Below, piece by piece: positions 8,215-17,621 of a stretch of 64,000 nt of DNA. The notes beneath the pieces were generated by a model. That model was given only the letters and a program-made list of their open reading frames with translations. It had not been told where the DNA came from and made no database searches. The position numbers and the translations under genes are program-made. Within the stretch, counting starts at the first letter, position 1; each line of letters begins with the position of its first letter. Location: assembly GCA_009691445.1 (NCBI GenBank), contig SICL01000002.1, forward strand, positions 63 to 64,062. The letters run 5' to 3'. This stretch comes from Candidatus Taenariivivens baikalensis (GTDB taxonomy: Bacteria > Omnitrophota > Omnitrophia > Omnitrophales > Aquincolibacteriaceae).

Positions 8215-10032
8215 TTAATCCAGCACAAATTCTTTTTTCCAGTTCGTGTCTTTGTCCAAGGGCTTTTGCTCTTTTTTATCCAGGATATAATTTCCCAAGA
8301 CCAGATAATCCATATCCGTGCGCATAAAACATCGGAACGCATCTTCCGGAGAGCAAACCAGCGGTTCTCCGCGGACATTAAAAGACGTATTGATGATCGT
8401 GGCGCAGCCGTGGCGGTCACGAAGCTCCCGGATGGTTTCGTAGTAGGCCGGGCTTGTTTCATGCGAAACGGTTTGGACCCGGGCTGAATAATCCACATGA
8501 GTGACGGCAGGAATCGTGGAACGGATGGCGTTCAGTTTTTGAATTCCAAAAAGTTGTTCTTCCGTTTCTGTCATGGCGCGGCGGATATCTTTTTTTATGG
8601 GAGCGACCAGAAGCATGTAAGGGCTTTCATGGGTCAGTTCAAAATAATCCGCGCAGTTCTCTTCAAGAACGCTGGGTGCAAAGGGGCGAAAGCTTTCGCG
8701 GAATTTGATTTTGACATTCATCGTCTCCTGCATTTTGGGAGAGCGCGCATCACCGATGATTGAACGCGCTCCCAATGCGCGCGGCCCAAATTCCATGCGT
8801 CCATGAAACCAGCCAATGACTTTTTCTTCTGCGATAAGATCCGCCACCGTTTTCGGGAGTTCTTGTGCGGAGCACTTTTTGTAAGGGATTTTTTTTTCTT
8901 CCAGAAATATTTTGATCTCGTCATCTGTAAAAATTGGGCCGAGGTAGGAGCCTCGCATAAAATCCTTTTTGTTTTCTGGATGCCGCGGTTTATCGAGATA
9001 TTGATGCCAGGCATAAAGAGCTGCACCAAGGGCTCCTCCGGCGTCCCCGGCTGCGGGTTGAATCCAGACACTCTCAAAAGGGCCTTCGCGGAGAATGCGG
9101 CCGTTGGCAACACAATTCAGGGCGACTCCGCCGGAAAGACAGAGATTTTTCATCCCGGTTACTTTGTGAATGTGGCGTGAAATGCACAGCATTACTTCTT
9201 CGGTGACATCTTGGATGGATCGGGCAATATCCATATCCTTTTGGGTGATGAGAGACTCAGGTTTGCGCGGAGGTCCGCCAAAGAGACGGTGGAAGTGATG
9301 ATTCGTCATGGTCAGGCCTGCTGGGTAATTGAAATATTTTAAATTCAGATGAAACGAACCGTCCTCTTTTAAATCCAGCAGTTCATTCAAAATGAGATCC
9401 TTGTATTTTGGAATTCCGTACGGGGCAAGCCCCATTAATTTATATTCTCCGGAATTAACTCTAAATCCTGCGTAGTAGGTGAACGCTGAGTAAAGAAGCC
9501 CGAGCGAATGCGGAAAGCGGATTTCATTCAGGATTTCCATATGATTCCCCTGCCCGATCCCAAAACTGGTCGTGGCCCATTCCCCAACTCCGTCTGCGGT
9601 GATAAAGGCCGCGTTTTCATAGGGCGAGGCATAGAAGGCGGACGCGGCATGAGACTCATGATGTTCGGGGAAAATAATTTTTCCGGCAAACCCGAGTTTT
9701 TCTCCGATGATGTCCTTGATCCACAGCTTTTCCTTGAGCCAGACCGGCATGGCTTTGATGAAAGAGAAAAGTCCCGCGGGAGCGTAGCTTAGATAAGTTT
9801 CCAGAAGGCGTTCAAATTTAACAAAAGGTTTTTCGTAGAAGGCAACGATGTCGAGGTCTTTGGCTTGAATCCCCCCTTCCTTCAGGCAGTATTCAATCGC
9901 GCGTTCGGGAAAGGCTGCGTCATGTTTTTTCCGGGTAAAGCGTTCTTCCTGCGCCGCCGCAATAATTTTTCCGTCCACGACCAAACACGCAGCCGCGTCA
10001 TGATAAAAAGCTGAAATTCCAAGGATGTTCAT
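8215..10032 (-). CDS. Carbamoyltransferase, NodU/CmcH/SxtI family (O-carbamoylation of a sugar)
   Basis: 605 aa. The N-terminal MNILGISAFYHDAAACLVVDGKIIAAAQEERFTRKKHD is the hallmark Kae1/YgjD-like carbamoyltransferase N-domain. It has a C-terminal YrdC-like half. Confidence 0.9.
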   Translation of the reverse strand: MNILGISAFYHDAAACLVVDGKIIAAAQEERFTRKKHDAAFPERAIEYCLKEGGIQAKDLDIVAFYEKPFVKFERLLETYLSYAPAGLFSFIKAMPVWLKEKLWIKDIIGEKLGFAGKIIFPEHHESHAASAFYASPYENAAFITADGVGEWATTSFGIGQGNHMEILNEIRFPHSLGLLYSAFTYYAGFRVNSGEYKLMGLAPYGIPKYKDLILNELLDLKEDGSFHLNLKYFNYPAGLTMTNHHFHRLFGGPPRKPESLITQKDMDIARSIQDVTEEVMLCISRHIHKVTGMKNLCLSGGVALNCVANGRILREGPFESVWIQPAAGDAGGALGAALYAWHQYLDKPRHPENKKDFMRGSYLGPIFTDDEIKIFLEEKKIPYKKCSAQELPKTVADLIAEEKVIGWFHGRMEFGPRALGARSIIGDARSPKMQETMNVKIKFRESFRPFAPSVLEENCADYFELTHESPYMLLVAPIKKDIRRAMTETEEQLFGIQKLNAIRSTIPAVTHVDYSARVQTVSHETSPAYYETIRELRDRHGCATIINTSFNVRGEPLVCSPEDAFRCFMRTDMDYLVLGNYILDKKEQKPLDKDTNWKKEFVLD

Positions 10033-11288
10033 TAAGTTCTCTGATCTGTATGGGAGGGGCTATTTAAAAAAGATAGTCCCAGTCCAAGAAAAAAGTAAAA
10101 GGCAACAATCGTCACTGAATTGTGAAGAATGGTATCCACCAAGGCCATCAGCATGAAATTAAGAATTCCCCATCCCACATAAAACGAATCCGTCGAATAA
10201 GAAGCGCCTCTCAACACGTATTTAAGAAGCAAAGATAAAAAAGCTAAAAAAAAGAGTGCGCACGGGATCCCGGTTTCAGCGGCCATTTGAAGATAACCAT
10301 TATGCGCGTAATAGTTCTGAACTCTCCAGCTTTTGTTTCGGTCGTATTTCTGGTGAGCCACCGCGTATGTATTGATCCCTGTTCCTAGGAGCGGCTTGGC
10401 ACGAATCACGTCAAGGGCTCTCTCCCAGAGATCATGGCGTTCCACGAGAGATTGTTCCTTGCGTTCTTTGTCATAATGAATCTTCATGGAAGAAGGAAGC
10501 AGGAACAAACCCACCGCTGAAAAAAAAACGAGGAATCCCATAACCTTGAGTTGTCGCTTGAGAATGAGAAAGATGAACGTTCCCAGGAGAAATGCAAGCA
10601 TGGCTCCCCGACATCGAGTGACATAAAGCATGAATCCAGAAAGAAGCAGGATCACCAAAGCTACCAAGTTATAGGGGAATTTTTTTAAGAAGCGGATAAA
10701 TATTCCGACTAAAACGGGTATGACTAGAAGAAGGTAAGCCGCAAAAAGTCCGTACACTTTAAACGAACTAGTAACTCGAATTCCCGATTCGGAATCTTCT
10801 GCGGCGATGTGGCGAAGTAAGTCGGTATGAAACCCGTACTGATAAAGACCATTCAAAATAATGATTGTGTGCCAGGAGATCAGGACGATCAAAAAATGCC
10901 GGCGGTGTTTCGTGTCAGAAAGGCCATCGGCTGTGGCAAACATGATAAGTGTCCAGCGGATGATTTTGAAAATCCCCTGAACGCTTTGCTTCGGAAACTC
11001 GGACCAAAAAACGGAGGCTAGACTTAAAGCAAGGAAAATGCCCAGTGAAAATTTAAGTTCCCGAGGCATCGTCTTGAATGCGGAGCAGCCTTGCTTCTGA
11101 AAATACATGCGTGCCCCCCAAAAAAGGAGGGTCAAGACTGTGCCGATCGAAACAAGAGCAAGTGAAAAAGAAACCCCGGCCCAGAGCAGACAGAGGCTGA
11201 CTAAAAAGGCTTGGTCCAAAAATGAGAAAAGTTTTGAGGACTCGGGATTTTGACTGGCCTTAACCATTTTGTTTCCGATAAAGTTCAT
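10032..11288 (-). CDS. O-antigen ligase / Wzy_C-family polytopic membrane protein
   Basis: Multi-TM protein with the Wzy_C signature region (YYAHNGYLQMAAETGIP). Start uncertain: MNF at 11288 or MVK at 11267. The ORF-track start at 11357 would overlap the upstream GT2. Confidence 0.7.
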   Translation of the reverse strand: MNFIGNKMVKASQNPESSKLFSFLDQAFLVSLCLLWAGVSFSLALVSIGTVLTLLFWGARMYFQKQGCSAFKTMPRELKFSLGIFLALSLASVFWSEFPKQSVQGIFKIIRWTLIMFATADGLSDTKHRRHFLIVLISWHTIIILNGLYQYGFHTDLLRHIAAEDSESGIRVTSSFKVYGLFAAYLLLVIPVLVGIFIRFLKKFPYNLVALVILLLSGFMLYVTRCRGAMLAFLLGTFIFLILKRQLKVMGFLVFFSAVGLFLLPSSMKIHYDKERKEQSLVERHDLWERALDVIRAKPLLGTGINTYAVAHQKYDRNKSWRVQNYYAHNGYLQMAAETGIPCALFFLAFLSLLLKYVLRGASYSTDSFYVGWGILNFMLMALVDTILHNSVTIVAFYFFLGLGLSFLNSPSHTDQRT

Positions 11289-11997
11289 ATTTAGCAAACG
11301 TATAATAAGCTGATAAAAAGGCAAAAAGAAATCCCGCCCAGCTATCAAGGAATCCAAAGTCGATAATATAGCACCGGAGGAATCGAGCGATCGGACGAAG
11401 GATGAGATCGCTCAGTCTCCTGGGTCGATTCTGCAGTGTCATTGTCTGAATTTCAAGAGGAATATAGCGGTTCATTTTTTTTTGATATTCCTGGAGAGTT
11501 TGAGTGGTGTGATGTTCCATCCGATGGATGAGTTTTTCACAAGGTAAATCCGTCAAAAGTTGTTCGTGAACGGGTTGAGTGAAAGAGGCTTTCCCTCGCG
11601 GAAATAAACGGAGGGGGTAGTCGTTTTGGGATCCGCTAAAACGCAAGGGTTGATTGAAAAAATAATTGATGCGCCCGATGGCATAAACTTTTTCCGGTGA
11701 CTGGGAAGTGACGACTGCTTGGATTTCCCGGGCCAATGGTTCGGGAATCACTTCATCGGCGTCCAGGACAAGAATCCAAGGCTGAGAGGCTTTGGAAATT
11801 GCGAAATTTTTCTGAGAGGAAAAATCCTGGAAGGGATGATCAAAGACATGGGATGTGTACGTTCCTGCGATTCGGGATGTTTCATCCTCACTGGCGCTGT
11901 CCACGACAATAATTTCTTCCGCCCATCGGACGGACTCAAGTGAACGAACAATCCGGTGAGCCTCATTTTTGACAATCATCACCACGGAAAGAGTCAT
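11260..11997 (-). CDS. Family 2 glycosyltransferase (paralog of 1650-2414)
   Basis: Likely start MTLSVVMIVKNEAHRIVRSLESV...VVDSASEDETSRIA at 11997, giving an ATGA overlap with the upstream GT2. It has the GT2 DxD region and aligns motif-for-motif with the ORF at 1650-2414. Confidence 0.75.
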   Translation of the reverse strand: MTLSVVMIVKNEAHRIVRSLESVRWAEEIIVVDSASEDETSRIAGTYTSHVFDHPFQDFSSQKNFAISKASQPWILVLDADEVIPEPLAREIQAVVTSQSPEKVYAIGRINYFFNQPLRFSGSQNDYPLRLFPRGKASFTQPVHEQLLTDLPCEKLIHRMEHHTTQTLQEYQKKMNRYIPLEIQTMTLQNRPRRLSDLILRPIARFLRCYIIDFGFLDSWAGFLFAFLSAYYTFAKYELYRKQNG

Positions 11998-12857
11998 GAT
12001 TTTTTTTTGCCCACCATTTGCAGGGCAGCCCAGAATCCCATCCACATCGGATAGTTGCCTTTGATGAGTGCATAAAGGAGCCGGAAAGGCAGCCAAAAAA
12101 TGTGGGACGGCCAGAATCTCCAGGTGTGAAAATTTTTCCACATGAATAAAAAAGTATTTCGCTGGGCAATCTGCTGGATTTTCGAAGCACCAAAAGCTTT
12201 TTTAAAACTGGCCTGTCCCATATGATAAACCATACTTTGAGGTTCATAATAGAGGGAGTATCCGGCTTGTCTTGCCCGGTGACACAAGTCCACATCTTCC
12301 ATAATTCCGGGGAAAAAACGGTGGTCATATCCTCCAAGCCTTAAGAAAAACTCTCGGGAAAACGCTCCGAATCCGGAGGAATAAGTATCCGACGGAGTCA
12401 TCACTTCCCTTTCATAGCCCGGATAGCGTGCGTCACACCAGAACATTCCAAAACGATGAAAGGAACGGGTTCGTCCCGCCTCGACGGTTGTTCCGTCAAA
12501 ACTGAGAACGCGCGGCGCCACTAGAAATGTTTTTGGGTCCTCTTCAAATTTTCGGATTATCGGATCCACAAAATTCTTATCGACCCGGATGTCATTATTG
12601 AGAAGGATGGCAATGGGTTCCTGCATTTGCTCAAGATAACGATTGTAAGAACCGAGAACAAGATTTTCGGGAGCATGAACAATTTCAACCTGGGGAAATT
12701 CTCTCCGGACGTATTCCAATCCATCATCTTGGCTGAGATTATCCAAAAGAGTCACTTTAACAGAATATTTAGAGGACTGTGCCGCGCCAACAATGCTGGG
12801 GAGGCATCGGGGAAGCAGTGCCTCACCATTGTAATTAAGAACGACAATACGGATCAT
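11994..12857 (-). CDS. Family 2 glycosyltransferase (rhamnosyltransferase-like GT2)
   Basis: 287 aa. Starts MIRIVVLNYNGEALLPRCL and has the DVDLCHRARQAGY motif typical of WbbL-like GT2 enzymes. It is the first gene of the minus-strand block, facing a divergent promoter. Confidence 0.8.
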   Translation of the reverse strand: MIRIVVLNYNGEALLPRCLPSIVGAAQSSKYSVKVTLLDNLSQDDGLEYVRREFPQVEIVHAPENLVLGSYNRYLEQMQEPIAILLNNDIRVDKNFVDPIIRKFEEDPKTFLVAPRVLSFDGTTVEAGRTRSFHRFGMFWCDARYPGYEREVMTPSDTYSSGFGAFSREFFLRLGGYDHRFFPGIMEDVDLCHRARQAGYSLYYEPQSMVYHMGQASFKKAFGASKIQQIAQRNTFLFMWKNFHTWRFWPSHIFWLPFRLLYALIKGNYPMWMGFWAALQMVGKKKS

Positions 12858-12924
12858 GCTTCAGAAACTCTTGATCGTTAAGATCCTATGGACAAATAGG
12901 ATAAAGTAGAGATAATTCCGGTTA
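12858..12924. promoter_or_regulatory. Short divergent intergenic region between the minus-strand GT operon and the plus-strand MBOAT operon
   Basis: 67-bp gap between divergently transcribed genes. No motif verified. Confidence 0.3.
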
Positions 12925-14301
12925 ATGTTATTTAACAGCCTTGAATTTATTTATGGGTTTCTTCCGTTAACCCTGATCGCTTTTTACCTTGCCACGCATT
13001 ATCGCCTGCCAAAGCTGGCTAAAACCTTTTTACTTCTGGCATCTCTTTTTTTTTACGCCTATTGGAAGCTCACCTATTTTCTGTTAATGATGGTCAGCAT
13101 TATAGTGAACTATGTTTTCGCCGTCACCCTCGAAAAATATCGCTCAAAAAACGTACTCAAACTCAGTTTATGCTGGAATTTGGGGCTATTAGGCTATTTC
13201 AAGTACTTTAATTTTTTTATCGAAAATCTGAACCCCTTATTTTCCACGGCTCTGACCACTGTTCGGCTGGCGATTCCGCTTGGAATCTCATTTTATACAT
13301 TTCAGCAGATTACTTACCTAGTGGATGTCTATCAGGGGAAAATCAAAAGATTTCAATTAGGTGACTACGCTCTCTGTGTCACCTTTTTCCCGCATTTGAT
13401 TGCGGGACCCATTCTTCATTATGGACAAATTATGCCGCAGTTCAGCCGTTTACGCACTTACCGGGCTAATTACCGTCATTTATTTCTCGGGATTTTCTTT
13501 TTTGTGATCGGGCTTTTCCAAAAACTCGTGATTGCCGATTTCCTGAGTCCGATCGCAGACCGGGCTTTCATGAACGCGCATCTCTTGAATGTTCTTGAAG
13601 CTTGGGGAGGATTGTTTGCTTACTCCTTTCAGCTTTATTTTGATTTTGCCGGATATTCCAATATGGCGATTGGACTCGGTTGGCTCTTTAATATCCAGAT
13701 CATTCAGAATTTTAATTCCCCTTATCAGGCGGTATCTTTCATTGATTTTTGGAAACGATGGCATATGAGTCTTTCACAATTTTTGAAGGATTATGTTTAT
13801 ATTCCTCTGGGCGGTAACCGCCTGGGCGTTTCGAGAAAATATTTTAATATTTTATTGACGATGCTGATCGGCGGGTTTTGGCATGGAGCAGGATGGACAT
13901 TCCTTTTGTGGGGATTTTATCATGGGGTTCTTCTGGTGCTTAATCATTGGGCGGACGATTTAAAGATTAAATTCTCACTCATCGGGGGAAGAGTCATCAC
14001 TTTTATCATGATTTGTTACGGCTGGGTTTGGTTCCGGGCGTCTCACTTTTCGGAAGCGGTAGAAATGTCAAAAGCGCTCCTTGGATTCCACGGATTTGGG
14101 AAAGAAACCTATTTTTTGTGGAAACATGAGGTGGCGGTCTTAGCCATCCTTGGGGCTGCGGCACTCTTTATGCCCAACGCTCAAAAATGGAGTCAAAGAC
14201 TCTCACCGACACGAACGTGGTGTTTTCTTTTAGTGATTGTTTTTTTAATGGATCTGCTTTACTTGAACCGGGAAAGTTCCTTTTTGTACTTTCAATTCTG
14301 A
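12925..14301 (+). CDS. Membrane-bound O-acyltransferase (MBOAT), AlgI/DltB/PatA-like
   Basis: 458 aa and polytopic. Conserved MBOAT region FWKRWHMSLSQFLKDYVYIPLGGN...GGFWHGAGW with the catalytic His. Confidence 0.9.
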   Translation: MLFNSLEFIYGFLPLTLIAFYLATHYRLPKLAKTFLLLASLFFYAYWKLTYFLLMMVSIIVNYVFAVTLEKYRSKNVLKLSLCWNLGLLGYFKYFNFFIENLNPLFSTALTTVRLAIPLGISFYTFQQITYLVDVYQGKIKRFQLGDYALCVTFFPHLIAGPILHYGQIMPQFSRLRTYRANYRHLFLGIFFFVIGLFQKLVIADFLSPIADRAFMNAHLLNVLEAWGGLFAYSFQLYFDFAGYSNMAIGLGWLFNIQIIQNFNSPYQAVSFIDFWKRWHMSLSQFLKDYVYIPLGGNRLGVSRKYFNILLTMLIGGFWHGAGWTFLLWGFYHGVLLVLNHWADDLKIKFSLIGGRVITFIMICYGWVWFRASHFSEAVEMSKALLGFHGFGKETYFLWKHEVAVLAILGAAALFMPNAQKWSQRLSPTRTWCFLLVIVFLMDLLYLNRESSFLYFQF

Positions 14302-15449
14302 TGAAAAAAAACGCCGATCGCTCCTTCGTCTTGCTGTTTACTGCGCTGACTTTGGTGATCCCTGTGTTGATTATTGCTTTAAATTTCTTCCAGGACCCTC
14401 ATCATCGTTATCGGTCTAAAGTGCCCACCGAGCGGCTTGAAGAACTTGCCAAGTCTCCCGACAAAATCTTAACCGTTCCCGGTACTTACGATGATCGGAT
14501 TCTTCTCAAGAGGTTTATGGAAGTTTCACCCGCTCCCCGGATCCTCGTTTTGGGAGGAAGTATTGCGATGGATTTTCAGCAGGAGATGTTCACGGAAAGA
14601 CTGCTGAACGCCGGCGTAACGGCCGGAAGTATTCAGGATTTTGTTGCCATTTGGGCTTTGGCAGAAAAAAACCATTTTCATCCCCGGATGACAATCATGG
14701 TGCTCGCAGAATATAATTTGCATCCCCAATCATTTAACGAACGCTACTTATCCATTTATGAGGATTATCTTCGTTTTTCCCAAAAAGGGATTTCGCTGCG
14801 GGCGATGTTTTCGGAAAAAACCTCACAATTCAAAGATCTTCTTTCCCTTCAAACCACGCAATCCTCGCTGATGGGTTTATTCACTCATTCTAAAGAGCAG
14901 ACTCAGGATCTCGTATCGCGCTCAGGTTTTGATTTCGCGCTGCCTGCCCGGACATTGTCTTTTTCTATGCTTTATCCGAAAGATTATGAAGAGCGAACGC
15001 CCAAAGTGACCAATCCTCTTGGCGTAGCGCATGGTTTAGGGGAAGCTCAGGTTTTTGAAAAATGGAATGTTCAAGGCGGCGGTCTGCGATTTGAATTGCT
15101 TCGCCAATTAATCCGCCGGATTCAGGATCAAGGAAGCCGTGTTCTTATTCTGACAATGCCCTACCACCCCCAAGCTTATGCAGTGATTCGTGAAAATCCA
15201 AAAGCGTATGCGAATTTCAAGAACTATCTCCAGGCCATCCGGCTGATTGCGGCAGAATCCGGCGTTGATTTTTATAATCAGGCTGATTCAACGTCATTTT
15301 GGAAAGAAGATGAATTTACGGATGGGGTCCACCTAAAGACGGCCGTAATATACCGTTGGATTAAAGCAGCAGACCAGGAGTTTCAGCTAGGAATCGCGAA
15401 CGATGCGTTTGGGAAAGAACCGATTTATCCGAAGTCAGCTAAGCGTTGA
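14301..15449 (+). CDS. DltD/AlgJ-like SGNH-fold acyltransferase partner protein (N-terminal TM anchor)
   Basis: The start ATG overlaps the MBOAT stop (TGATG). It has an N-terminal hydrophobic anchor, a DGVH (DxxH) motif near the C-terminus, and sits right after an MBOAT, like AlgI-AlgJ, DltB-DltD and PatA-PatB. Confidence 0.6.
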   Translation: MKKNADRSFVLLFTALTLVIPVLIIALNFFQDPHHRYRSKVPTERLEELAKSPDKILTVPGTYDDRILLKRFMEVSPAPRILVLGGSIAMDFQQEMFTERLLNAGVTAGSIQDFVAIWALAEKNHFHPRMTIMVLAEYNLHPQSFNERYLSIYEDYLRFSQKGISLRAMFSEKTSQFKDLLSLQTTQSSLMGLFTHSKEQTQDLVSRSGFDFALPARTLSFSMLYPKDYEERTPKVTNPLGVAHGLGEAQVFEKWNVQGGGLRFELLRQLIRRIQDQGSRVLILTMPYHPQAYAVIRENPKAYANFKNYLQAIRLIAAESGVDFYNQADSTSFWKEDEFTDGVHLKTAVIYRWIKAADQEFQLGIANDAFGKEPIYPKSAKR

Positions 15450-16509
15450 GAGCGCGCTGATAAGCTTCGATGGTTTTGAGCGCTGTCTGCTTCCATAGAT
15501 AGTTAGCCCGGAGACGATTTTTAAGTTTTGGATTCGCGGTCTGACTAAATGCTGCGAGGGTTTTATCTTTGATGTCTTTTAAATTTTTTGGATCGACATA
15601 AAGGGCATCGTTTGAAAAGTATTCCCGGGCTGCACCTTCCTGGGTGATCACAATCTTGGCACCCGCCAACCCCGCCTCAAGAGCGGCAAGTCCTGGGGTT
15701 TCCAGCCAGCTTGCCAGAAGAAACGTATTGCAAGCGCCGTACGCCGACCGAAGAAGATCGCTGCCATGAGGAAGTCCCCCAAGAAAATGAATATTGGAGG
15801 AGGCCTCCTTGCGGCATTGGTCGTAATAACCTTGGTAATGGGAAACGCAATCACCGATAAAGAGAACTGTTTGAGTGATTCCTTTCAGGGCTCGGACCAT
15901 TCCGAGCTGGTTTTTACGCGGTTCAATTCGGCCCACGCAGAGGATAAAGTTTTTAAATCCGTATTTTTCCTCAAAGGCGTTTGGTGAAGCTTGAGCAAAG
16001 GATTCATCAACGGCATTCGGCACCACGAAAATTTTTGATTCTGGAATACAGAAAAAACGTTTCAACTGAGCCGCTTCACTTTGTGAATTGGGAAGCAAGA
16101 GATCGGAGATTCCCATCATCCGTTTTCGTTTGGAGGACACGAAAGGTGCAAAGACTTTGACGGCATAACGAAGTGAGGATAGCGCCTTTGATTGAAGATC
16201 CGGATAAGTGAACAATGAAGATTTCCAGCTGTACCAGCAAATGGTGGAAAGTACATTTTTGATCCCGGCTTTCGAAGCTGCTTCCATCATGGGGAGACAG
16301 TCTTTGACCGATCCAAACGTGTGAAGGATATCAAAATCTTTGAGTCTATCTTTCCAGGGATCGAACAGTTTGACCGCAATCCCCTCTTTTTCAAGATACT
16401 CTTTGGTTTTAAGCAGCTGGACTTCTCCCCCGCCTGGATTTTGGAAAGCAGTTGGATAGACGTAAAAGGCAATGCGCCAATCCTGGGGCTTTTTAAGCGG
16501 ACTCGTCAT
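15439..16509 (-). CDS. Family 4 glycosyltransferase
   Basis: 356 aa. GRIEPRKNQ and C-terminal LETPGLAALEAGLAGAKIV EX7E-like region. Confidence 0.8.
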   Translation of the reverse strand: MTSPLKKPQDWRIAFYVYPTAFQNPGGGEVQLLKTKEYLEKEGIAVKLFDPWKDRLKDFDILHTFGSVKDCLPMMEAASKAGIKNVLSTICWYSWKSSLFTYPDLQSKALSSLRYAVKVFAPFVSSKRKRMMGISDLLLPNSQSEAAQLKRFFCIPESKIFVVPNAVDESFAQASPNAFEEKYGFKNFILCVGRIEPRKNQLGMVRALKGITQTVLFIGDCVSHYQGYYDQCRKEASSNIHFLGGLPHGSDLLRSAYGACNTFLLASWLETPGLAALEAGLAGAKIVITQEGAAREYFSNDALYVDPKNLKDIKDKTLAAFSQTANPKLKNRLRANYLWKQTALKTIEAYQRALNA

Positions 16510-17621
16510 GAGAGGTACTTCAAAATTATTTTCAGGATTCGCTCGCTTGAGTGACCGTCTCCGTAAGGATTTTTGGACATGACCATCTTCTGATAGGCTT
16601 TCGGGTTGTCTAAAAGGCGTTTTGATTCGGAAGTGATTTTATTAAAGGATGTTCCGACCAGTTTAGCGACTCCGAGATGAATTCCTTCATTACGTTCCGA
16701 CACTTCCCGCATGACTAAAACAGGCTTGCCAAACGAAGGGGCTTCTTCCTGAATGCCGCCCGAATCGGTGAGGATCAAATAGGATCGGTCCATTAGGACC
16801 AGAAACTCCGTATAAGAAAGCGGCGGCAATAAATGGATGCGGGGGTTGTTTCCCAGTTTTTGAAAGACCACGTCTTTGATATTCGGATTAAGATGGACTG
16901 GATAAACAATTTCCGTGTCTGGATACCCTTCAGAAATTGCCTTCATGGCACGGCATATTTCCAGGATAGGTTTTCCGAAGTTTTCCCGGCGGTGAGCCGT
17001 GACAAGAATAATTCTCTTTGTGAAATCAATTCTCTTAAAAACCAGGGAATTAAAATGATGAAGTTTGGGACGGATTAATTTTAACGCATCCACAACCGTA
17101 TTTCCCGTCACAAAAATAGTCTGCGAAGAAACGCCTTCCTTTAAAAGATTTTTAGCAGCTTCCTGAGTGGGAGCGAAATGGTAATCAGCAATTCGGGAAA
17201 TAAGGACGCGGTTGATTTCCTCCGGATAAGGATGAAGCTTGTTGAAGCTTCGGAGTCCTGCTTCAACATGAGCCACGGGGATGCGATGGTAGAAACCTTG
17301 AAGGGCCGCTGCAAAAGCTGTGGTGGTATCCCCCTGGACTAAAATAAAACCCGGTTTTAACTTTCTAAGAATCGGGTCCAAACTTTCCAGAACTTTTTGG
17401 GTCAAGGATGAGAGCGTTTGCCCCTCGGTCATGATATTTAAGTCAAAATCCGGCCGGATTTTAAAGAGCTCCAAAACCTGATCGACCATTTGCCGGTGCT
17501 GGGCGGTGAGGCAGGTGTAAACTTTCAAGGCACGATTTCGTTGCGCGCTTAAAATGAGCGGAGCTAATTTAAGGGCTTCGGGACGCGTTCCGAAAACAAA
17601 GAGTATCTTTTTAGCCTTCAC
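16506..17621 (-). CDS. wecB: UDP-N-acetylglucosamine 2-epimerase (non-hydrolysing, WecB/MnaA type)
   Basis: 371 aa. Starts MKAKKILFVFGTRPEALKLAP, has DTTTAFAAALQGFYHRIPVAHVEAGLRS, and full-length similarity to WecB. Confidence 0.9.
   Translation of the reverse strand: MKAKKILFVFGTRPEALKLAPLILSAQRNRALKVYTCLTAQHRQMVDQVLELFKIRPDFDLNIMTEGQTLSSLTQKVLESLDPILRKLKPGFILVQGDTTTAFAAALQGFYHRIPVAHVEAGLRSFNKLHPYPEEINRVLISRIADYHFAPTQEAAKNLLKEGVSSQTIFVTGNTVVDALKLIRPKLHHFNSLVFKRIDFTKRIILVTAHRRENFGKPILEICRAMKAISEGYPDTEIVYPVHLNPNIKDVVFQKLGNNPRIHLLPPLSYTEFLVLMDRSYLILTDSGGIQEEAPSFGKPVLVMREVSERNEGIHLGVAKLVGTSFNKITSESKRLLDNPKAYQKMVMSKNPYGDGHSSERILKIILKYLS

Noticed and set aside
14187-14300. Upstream extension of the DltD-like ORF (ORF-track start at 14187)
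   Set aside because: The extension overlaps the MBOAT C-terminus in another frame. The ATG at 14301 gives TGATG coupling and starts right at the predicted signal anchor.
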